Positions 57,488-64,000 of a stretch of 64,000 bases of DNA are shown piece by piece. The notes below the pieces were generated by a model. That model saw nothing but the letters and a program-made list of their open reading frames with translations, ran no database searches and was not told where the DNA came from. Positions within the stretch are counted from its first letter, which is position 1, and each line of letters begins with the position of its first letter. Position numbers and translations under genes: made by a program. This stretch comes from Candidatus Cloacimonadota bacterium (GTDB taxonomy: Bacteria > Cloacimonadota > Cloacimonadia > Cloacimonadales > GCA-2742885). The DNA is taken from contig PDOO01000029.1 of assembly GCA_002742885.1 (NCBI GenBank), positions 9,043 through 73,042 on the forward strand, read 5' to 3'.

Positions 57488-58810
57488 ATGAGTTTCTTTT
57501 GTAAATCATGCGGATACGAATCCGTAAAATGGGCAGGTCAATGCCCGGGATGCGGAGACTGGAATACTTTTAAGGAAGTAACCGTTTCCGTTAAAAAAAA
57601 TAAAAATAAAAGCTCCGTTTTAAAACTTAAAGAAACCCCGCCTCTTAAATTAAAAGATATATCATTTGAAAATAAAGAAAGAATTTTGACCGGCATGGTT
57701 GAGTTTGACAACGTTTTGGGAGGAGGAATTATCCCCGGAATGGTATTGCTGACGGGAGGAGAACCGGGAATCGGCAAATCAACTCTGCTTTTGCAAATAT
57801 CTCAAATAGTAAGCAGTAAAATATCTGTGCTTTACGTGAGCGGAGAAGAAAGTCTGCAACAGATAAAAATCAGGGCTGAAAGAATTAACGCGCATTCCGA
57901 TAACATTATTTTTTTGAATACCAATTCCGCAGAGCGCGTTATTGCCGTATGCGATCAGATAAAACCGGACTTTGTCGTGGTCGATTCCATCCAATCCATG
58001 AGTGTGCAATACTTGGACAGTCCGCCCGGAAGCATGAATCAAATGAAAGAATCTGCATCGATCTTCACTTCACATGCCAAATCAACTCAAACTCCCTTTT
58101 TTTTGATCGGACACATTACAAAAGACGGTTATGTCGCAGGTCCGAAAATGATAGAACATCTCGTTGATACCGTTTTGTATTTTGAAGGAGATCCGAGTTT
58201 ACAGCATAAAATCCTGCGGTCTGTCAAAAATCGTTTCGGCTCAACTGATGAAATAGCCGTTTTCGAGATGACCGGCAACGGTTTGCAACAGGTTCTTAAT
58301 CCGTCAGGTTTATTTGTGGAAAACAGAGCTGAAAGTACGGGAAGCGCCGTAGGCTGTTTTGTCAGCGGAACCAGAGCTTTTTTAGTGGAAATACAGGCTT
58401 TGGTTACAAAATCCGTTTACGGAACGGCTCAAAGAGTATCTGTGGGATATGATCCCAAACGTCTTGCCATGCTTCTTGCGGTCGCCGAAAAATATTTGGA
58501 TGCCGATTTACGCCAATTTGATATTTTTTTGAATGTTACCGGAGGTTTTAAGTCAAAAGATACATCTCTTGATCTTGCCGTTCTTGCCGCCATTATTTCA
58601 GGTTACGAAGACCGTCCCGTAAAAGCATTGTCCGCAACAGCCGGCGAAGTGGGATTAAACGGCTGTATCCGCAGAGTTTCTCATTTGGAAAAGCGTATAA
58701 AAGAAGCCGAAAAAATGGGTTTTAAGCATCTTTTTTGCAAAAATAAAAGTAAAAATTCGATTGTAAACGATGTTTCTGCCATTAAGGATTTTTACCGTCA
58801 AATATTTTGA
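57488..58810 (+). CDS. radA: DNA repair protein RadA/Sms
   Basis: N-terminal zinc ribbon 'CKSCGYES..CPGCGDWNT', Walker A 'GEPGIGKSTL', 'KNRFG' and a Lon-like C-terminal domain. Confidence 0.95.
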   Translation: MSFFCKSCGYESVKWAGQCPGCGDWNTFKEVTVSVKKNKNKSSVLKLKETPPLKLKDISFENKERILTGMVEFDNVLGGGIIPGMVLLTGGEPGIGKSTLLLQISQIVSSKISVLYVSGEESLQQIKIRAERINAHSDNIIFLNTNSAERVIAVCDQIKPDFVVVDSIQSMSVQYLDSPPGSMNQMKESASIFTSHAKSTQTPFFLIGHITKDGYVAGPKMIEHLVDTVLYFEGDPSLQHKILRSVKNRFGSTDEIAVFEMTGNGLQQVLNPSGLFVENRAESTGSAVGCFVSGTRAFLVEIQALVTKSVYGTAQRVSVGYDPKRLAMLLAVAEKYLDADLRQFDIFLNVTGGFKSKDTSLDLAVLAAIISGYEDRPVKALSATAGEVGLNGCIRRVSHLEKRIKEAEKMGFKHLFCKNKSKNSIVNDVSAIKDFYRQIF

Positions 58811-58852
58811 AAGCGACGTTAATTAATCCGATTTTGCCGTAAGGATTTAGTT

Positions 58853-60409
58853 ATGAATGAAAATAAACTGTCAAAATATCTGGATATTTCCGGTTCTTTT
58901 ATTATATCCCTCAACAGAGAACAAATTATAACCTATATAAATAAAAGCGGAGCAAATATCCTGGGATATGAAGTTAATGAAATCATCGGAAAAGATTATT
59001 TTAATCTTTGCGTTTCTGAAAACGAAAGAGAAAAAATACGCGAACGTTTTATAAAATTATTTGAAAAACCTTTCTTGAAACCCAATAATTTCGAAAGTAA
59101 CGTAGTTACCTCGTCAGGAAAAAAAAGAACAATAAACTGGACTAATACGGCATTGCGAGACGAAGAGGGAAATATTATTGAAATTGTCAGTTCCGGTAAC
59201 GACATCACCTGGAGAATATGCGCATTGGAAAAACTTGCGGAAAGCAAAAAAAAATATAAGTCTCTTATTGAAGCGACCGATACGGGATTTTGTATTTTGG
59301 ATAAAAACGGCTATTTTTTGGAAGCTAATAAAAAAATACTTAATATTCTGGGGAAAAAATATTTTCAAGACTTGCAAAACCGACAAATTTATGAGTTTAT
59401 TGCCGAAAAACATCGTGATTTTTTAAAAGAAAACATTAAATTCGGACTTGAAGAAAATAAAGTAAGGCATTGTGAAGCGGATTTTTTGAATAACGACAAA
59501 AAAATTATTCCCGTACACGTCAGCGCCAATCGTTTTGAAGATCGTCATCAAACAAAAATAATTTTATTGTGCCAAGACATAACGGAACGCAGAAAAAGCG
59601 AAGAAGCCGCAAGACAGCAGGAAATACAGCTTATGCAAGCCGATAAAATGGCTTCTCTCGGAATCTTGGTTTCCGGCGTTGCTCATGAAATAAACAATCC
59701 GAATAATTTTGTAATGCTTAATATTCCTCTTCTCGAAGGAATGTGGCAACACATTCGTCCCATTTTGGATGAATATTTGGAAGAAAAAGGAGATTTTTTC
59801 ATCGGGAAAAGATTGATGTACTCAACCGTCAAAGATTCTGTTCCCGGTTTATTGACAGGAATATACGAAGGATCAAAAAGAATCCAAACCATTGTAAAAG
59901 AGCTTAAGGATTATTCCCGAAAACAGAACGAAAATTATTTTGAAAAAGTAAATATAAATGAAGTCGTAAAAACGGCAGTAATTCTTACCGAAAGTCTTAT
60001 AAAACGTTCGACATCCGACTTTAAATTCGATCTCGGCAAAGATTTGCCTTTTATAAAAGGAAACTTTCAAAAACTGGAACAGGTTATTATAAATTTGCTG
60101 GAAAACAGTTGTCAGGCGATAACAAACAAAAAACAAAAAATTCAAGTAACTACTTATTGCGACAGAAAAGCTGAAAAAGTTGTTTGCAATATTACCGATG
60201 AAGGAATCGGAATGGATGAAGAAACTTTGAAAAAAATTCTCGAACCGTTTTTTACGACCAAGAGAACGGAGGGAGGAACCGGTCTCGGACTGGCGGTATC
60301 TTCAAAAATTATTGCGGATCACGGCGGAAAATTATCTTTTAAGTCCGAACCGAATGAGGGAACGCGTGTCGAAATTTCCGTTCCTGTATATGAAATTGAG
60401 GAGATTTAA
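58853..60409 (+). CDS. cytoplasmic PAS-PAS sensor histidine kinase (NtrB-like)
   Basis: There is no TM segment. It has two PAS-like regions, an H-box 'SGVAHEINNPNNF', an N-box 'INLLENSCQA', and G-boxes 'DEGIGMD' and 'GTGLGLAVS'. Confidence 0.9.
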   Translation: MNENKLSKYLDISGSFIISLNREQIITYINKSGANILGYEVNEIIGKDYFNLCVSENEREKIRERFIKLFEKPFLKPNNFESNVVTSSGKKRTINWTNTALRDEEGNIIEIVSSGNDITWRICALEKLAESKKKYKSLIEATDTGFCILDKNGYFLEANKKILNILGKKYFQDLQNRQIYEFIAEKHRDFLKENIKFGLEENKVRHCEADFLNNDKKIIPVHVSANRFEDRHQTKIILLCQDITERRKSEEAARQQEIQLMQADKMASLGILVSGVAHEINNPNNFVMLNIPLLEGMWQHIRPILDEYLEEKGDFFIGKRLMYSTVKDSVPGLLTGIYEGSKRIQTIVKELKDYSRKQNENYFEKVNINEVVKTAVILTESLIKRSTSDFKFDLGKDLPFIKGNFQKLEQVIINLLENSCQAITNKKQKIQVTTYCDRKAEKVVCNITDEGIGMDEETLKKILEPFFTTKRTEGGTGLGLAVSSKIIADHGGKLSFKSEPNEGTRVEISVPVYEIEEI

Positions 60410-61827
60410 TGGATTTGTGCCCTAACGGAAAGATTTTATTGATTGATGATGAAGTTCATCTGCTGACAAGTTACGGTTTGACCCTGAATGAAGCCGGCTT
60501 TGACAATATTCTGCTTTGCAGCGATCCGAGAGAATTAAAAAAAATTCTTGAAACGGATTCTGTAAGTTTGATTTTTACCGATTTAACCATGCCTTTCGTT
60601 TCCGGTCAGGAAATTTTATCCTTTGTTCATGCTGATTACCCTGGTATTCCCGTTATTATCATCACCGGTAATGACGATATTGAAACGGCTGTGGAATGTA
60701 TGAAAGAAGGGGCATTTGATTACCTTTTGAAGCCGATTGAAAAAAATCAATTGGTTAACAGCGTCAAACGAGCCTTGCAAATTATAGCTCTTAAGCTTGA
60801 AAATAAAATATTAAAACAACGAATGCTTTTGAAAAAAACGGCTTATCCGGATATTTTTAAGAATATAATTACCCAGAATACCAAAATGCATGCCGTTTTT
60901 CAATATCTCGAAGCTGTTGCAAATTCATCCGAACCGGTTTTGATTTCCGGAGAAACGGGAACGGGGAAAGAAATGATTGCCAAGGCTTATTACGATCTTA
61001 CAGGACTAAAAGGAAATTTCGTTACCGTAAACGTTGCCGGTCTTGATGATCAAATGTTTACGGATACTCTTTACGGACATACAAAAGGAGCTTTTACCGA
61101 TGCCGTTAAAGATCGAGCAGGATTGATCGAAAAGGCTGCGGGCGGAGTTTTGTTTCTGGATGAAATCGGAGATTTAAGCATTGCTTCTCAAGTTAAACTT
61201 TTGAGAGTGCTTCAGGAAAACGAATATTATCCGATAGGAAGCGATGTTCCGCGTTATTCTAATGCCAAAATTGTGGTTGCAACCAATAAAGATCTGTATA
61301 AAATGCAATTGGAAGGAACTTTCAGACGAGATTTATATTATCGACTCAGCGTTCACAACGTTACTATTCCTGCTTTGCGCGAAAGAAAAGACGATTTGCC
61401 TTTGTTAATTGAGCATTTTACGGGAGAAGCCGCTGACCAAATGAATAAACCGAAACCTGCGGTCCCTTACGAATTATTTGTAATGCTGTCCTCTTACGGA
61501 TTTCCCGGAAACATAAGAGAATTGAGAGCAATGATTTACGATGCTGTAGCGGCAAATCAAAGCGATATAATGTCTTTGGATACTTTTAAAACAAATTTGG
61601 AACTGAAAAATCATTTTAAAACCGGAAAATCAAATTTGAATATGAAAGTTGAAGCAAATTTGGTGAAATTTTCAACCGTTCTGCCATCTCTCAAAGATTG
61701 TCAGCTTCTTCTGATAAAGGAGGCAATGAAACGAGCGGAGGGAAACCAAAGCATTGCCGCCAAATTGTTGGGGATTACCAGACAGGGCTTGAATAAACGT
61801 CTGAAAACCATTGACCTTGACGATTAA
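60409..61827 (+). CDS. sigma54-dependent response regulator (NtrC family)
   Basis: REC domain, AAA+ 'GETGTGKE', 'GAFTDA' (GAFTGA loop), 'FLDEIGD' and a C-terminal Fis-type HTH 'AAKLLGITRQGLNKRLK'. Its start overlaps the kinase stop (TAATG). Confidence 0.9.
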   Translation: MDLCPNGKILLIDDEVHLLTSYGLTLNEAGFDNILLCSDPRELKKILETDSVSLIFTDLTMPFVSGQEILSFVHADYPGIPVIIITGNDDIETAVECMKEGAFDYLLKPIEKNQLVNSVKRALQIIALKLENKILKQRMLLKKTAYPDIFKNIITQNTKMHAVFQYLEAVANSSEPVLISGETGTGKEMIAKAYYDLTGLKGNFVTVNVAGLDDQMFTDTLYGHTKGAFTDAVKDRAGLIEKAAGGVLFLDEIGDLSIASQVKLLRVLQENEYYPIGSDVPRYSNAKIVVATNKDLYKMQLEGTFRRDLYYRLSVHNVTIPALRERKDDLPLLIEHFTGEAADQMNKPKPAVPYELFVMLSSYGFPGNIRELRAMIYDAVAANQSDIMSLDTFKTNLELKNHFKTGKSNLNMKVEANLVKFSTVLPSLKDCQLLLIKEAMKRAEGNQSIAAKLLGITRQGLNKRLKTIDLDD

Positions 61828-61854
61828 TCAAAACTGAATAACTGAAAAAATATT

Positions 61855-62904
61855 ATGATAAAAGAAATAAAAGCGGAAGTTTGCATAAAAAATAAATTGC
61901 CGGTTGTCGATGTTCGTTCGCCCGGAGAGTTTCGTTCCGGACATATTCCCGGAGCTGTTAATATACCGATTTTTACGGATGAAGAAAGAGCCGTTATCGG
62001 AACAGTTTACAAGCGCGAAAGCAAAGAAAAAGCAGTAAAACTCGGTTACGAATACGTTACTCCTAAACTAAAAAACATAGAGAGAAAACTGAAAGAAATT
62101 TCTCTTTCCGGAAAATTCAATGTTTACTGCTGGAGAGGCGGAATGAGAAGTCATCGTTTTTCCGAATATGCCGAAAGCAAGGGTTTTGAACCTCATCTGG
62201 TTACAGGAGGCTATAAATCTTTTCGTCATTTGGTTTTATCTTCATTTAAACAAAAATTTGATCTCATTATTGCGGGAGGATTTACGGGAAGCGGAAAAAC
62301 TCGTATTCTGCATGAATTAAAAAAGCGAGGACACCAGGTTATTGATTTGGAAGGACTTGCCAATCATAAAGGTTCCGTTTTCGGAGCCATGGGATGTCCT
62401 GCCCAACCTTCGACGGAACATTTTGAGAATAAATTGTTTAACGAATTGAAAAACATGGATGTTGATAAACCTGTTTGGGCGGAAGACGAAAGCAATAATG
62501 TGGGTTTTGTAAATATTCCTGCGGATTTTTTTCGTCAAATGAGAGAAGCTGTTCTTTATTTTATGGAAATTCCCCGCAAAAAGCGAGCAGAATACCTTAC
62601 CGCAGAATACGGAAACGGCGATGACGAAGCTTTGGAAACCGGTATCAAAAAGATAAGCAAAAGACTCGGAGGATTGCAAACCCGGGAAGCTTTGGAAGCT
62701 TTGAGAAAAAAAGATTATTTGAGAGTTGCCGAAATAACTCTGTCTTATTACGATAAATATTATTTGCGGGGAAGCGCCAAAAGAGACCCCGAAAAAGTTT
62801 ATTTTATTCCTTTTGAAAATACCGATTATATAAAAAATACCGATATTTTATTGAAAGTCGTTAAAGAGAAAAGACAAAGTCGCAAAGTGGCAATTTTGCG
62901 GTAA
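61855..62904 (+). CDS. mnmH: tRNA 2-selenouridine synthase
   Basis: Rhodanese domain with 'CWRGGMRS' and a P-loop 'GGFTGSGKT'. The length is 349 aa. It lies 28 nt downstream of the NtrC-type regulator. Confidence 0.9.
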   Translation: MIKEIKAEVCIKNKLPVVDVRSPGEFRSGHIPGAVNIPIFTDEERAVIGTVYKRESKEKAVKLGYEYVTPKLKNIERKLKEISLSGKFNVYCWRGGMRSHRFSEYAESKGFEPHLVTGGYKSFRHLVLSSFKQKFDLIIAGGFTGSGKTRILHELKKRGHQVIDLEGLANHKGSVFGAMGCPAQPSTEHFENKLFNELKNMDVDKPVWAEDESNNVGFVNIPADFFRQMREAVLYFMEIPRKKRAEYLTAEYGNGDDEALETGIKKISKRLGGLQTREALEALRKKDYLRVAEITLSYYDKYYLRGSAKRDPEKVYFIPFENTDYIKNTDILLKVVKEKRQSRKVAILR

Positions 62905-62922
62905 TTTTTAAACAGTCTTATT

Positions 62923-63573
62923 TCAATAAGTCTTTATTTGCTTTATTCTGAAAGGTTTTATTTTTTTTGTCTGCGGAATAAATTCGTCAACCGTGAGTTT
63001 TAACAATTCTTTTCCTTTGGAATAAACAGTGATGTTTTTGGGGATATTTTTGCTTGAATATTCAAATTCCGCTTTTGTTTTATCTTTCAGAACAATCTTT
63101 TTTAATTGATAATTATCGGTCAAAAATATTTCTGATTCTTTGTCTGAAAAATAGAAATTTCCCAATAGCTGATTTTCGTTTTCTTTTACTTTCAGGTCTA
63201 TAAATTTCCATATCTCGGAAAAGTTTTTATAACCTCTTATTTTTTTCTTTTTTAAGGGCATTCCGAAAGGAGGTTTCAGAAGTATGAGACTGTCAATGTA
63301 CACTGAGGCAAAAGGCGAGGGAGATGCTCCGAACATGCCTCCGCTTATAAGGTCGGCTCGTAAAACTTTTCCGTCTGATTTGATAACGAAATCTTTTCGA
63401 AAAGCAAAAGATTTGTAGTTGACTTCCGCTACTCCTCTCATGGTAAAATTTTTCCATGAATCCAAATTTTTATAAAAAAGCTTTCTTTTCTCTTCCGGAT
63501 TTCTCCATACCGAGCAAGATGCGATAAGCATTAAAATTGCGATCAAAAAAATGAAGCGTAAAATCTTATTCAT
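62923..63573 (-). CDS. hypothetical lipoprotein (LolB/DUF4292-like?)
   Basis: It has a signal peptide with lipobox 'LIASC'. The family assignment is only a guess. Confidence 0.45.
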   Translation of the reverse strand: MNKILRFIFLIAILMLIASCSVWRNPEEKRKLFYKNLDSWKNFTMRGVAEVNYKSFAFRKDFVIKSDGKVLRADLISGGMFGASPSPFASVYIDSLILLKPPFGMPLKKKKIRGYKNFSEIWKFIDLKVKENENQLLGNFYFSDKESEIFLTDNYQLKKIVLKDKTKAEFEYSSKNIPKNITVYSKGKELLKLTVDEFIPQTKKIKPFRIKQIKTY

Positions 63574-64000
63574 GATGAGAATCCTCTTTCAGCAAATCGA
63601 TGATTACTTCTCCGTAAACAGAGTGTTCCAGTTTTAAAACTTTTGCGGCAATTTCTTCCGCTGAAGAACAATCTGAAATATCTGTTTCCTTTTGTTTGAT
63701 AATTGCTCCTTCGTCGTAATTCTCGTTTATGTAATGCACTGTAACTCCCGAAATTTTTTCTCCGGCTTCGAAAACCGCTTTATGAACTGCCGAACCGAAC
63801 ATGCCTTTTCCGCCGTAAGCAGGCAATAAAGCCGGATGAATATTGATAACAGGAACTTTTGCCCGTTCTATGAATTTTGCGGATATTTTTTTCATAAACC
63901 CTGCTAAAACAACAAGATCAATTTTGTTTTTTTTGATTTCCTCCAGCAGATTATCTTCAAATTCTGACAGGTTTCGGGCAGATATAAATTTATACGGAAC
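63566..64000 (-). CDS. purN: phosphoribosylglycinamide formyltransferase (5' end outside the window)
   Basis: 'INIHPALLPAYGGKGMFG' and 'SGVTVHYINENYDEGAII' are present. The frame stays open upstream of the track Met to the window edge ('...KIDLVVLAGFMKKI'). Confidence 0.85.
   Translation of the reverse strand, partial: VPYKFISARNLSEFEDNLLEEIKKNKIDLVVLAGFMKKISAKFIERAKVPVINIHPALLPAYGGKGMFGSAVHKAVFEAGEKISGVTVHYINENYDEGAIIKQKETDISDCSSAEEIAAKVLKLEHSVYGEVIIDLLKEDSHHE

Noticed and set aside
1-64000. A search for CRISPR arrays, tRNA/rRNA genes, transposases, integrases, prophage or toxin-antitoxin cassettes.
   Set aside because: I saw no short regularly spaced repeats, no tRNA-like GC-rich cloverleaf segments in the intergenic gaps, and no ORF with transposase, integrase or phage motifs. 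The only long repeat is the 230-bp direct pair already reported.

Overview
This is an AT-rich bacterial chromosomal window with about 55 protein genes and one RNase P RNA. I saw no rRNA, tRNA, CRISPR array, transposase or integrase. Three secreted proteins share the same roughly 85-aa T9SS-type C-terminal sorting domain (YPNPFN...YN[IVL]KGQ...SGIY[FY][YV]). Together with an in-window selenoprotein operon and selU, this suggests a selenocysteine-using, amino-acid-fermenting FCB-group or Cloacimonadota-like organism; that lineage call is inference only. Housekeeping content includes gpsA, arcA, nadC, uvrB, uvrA, radA, rsmE, rsmD, HU, cobO, purN and several signalling proteins. Four blocks deserve attention. 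(1) At 30.2-37.2 kb, a nine-gene translationally coupled biotin operon has bioB/bioA and bioF bracketing a private KS/KR/hotdog/ACP/nitroreductase module. No bioC/H/W/I/Z-type gene is in the window, so this may be an uncharacterised pimelate-arm pathway. (2) At 15.5-17.8 kb, a signal-peptide ORF and a T9SS-cargo ORF are joined in frame by a single TGA inside a C-V-S-TGA (CxxU) motif. A GC-rich hairpin follows at nearly the same spacing as the hairpins after the grdA and grdB Sec codons, so this is a candidate new secreted selenoprotein. (3) At 37.7-46.7 kb, a glycine/betaine-type reductase operon (grdE/I, grdB/H-Sec, BCCT transporter, trxB fused to a Cys-less Trx-like domain, grdA-Sec, grdC, grdD). 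(4) A roughly 230-bp direct repeat carrying a conserved TTGATA-N18-TATAAT box flanks one T9SS cargo gene. Smaller items are an SdpR/SdpI-like module next to a CpG-free foreign-looking patch, a REC-REC-DHp protein lacking a kinase domain, and an 1111-aa nuclease-helicase.
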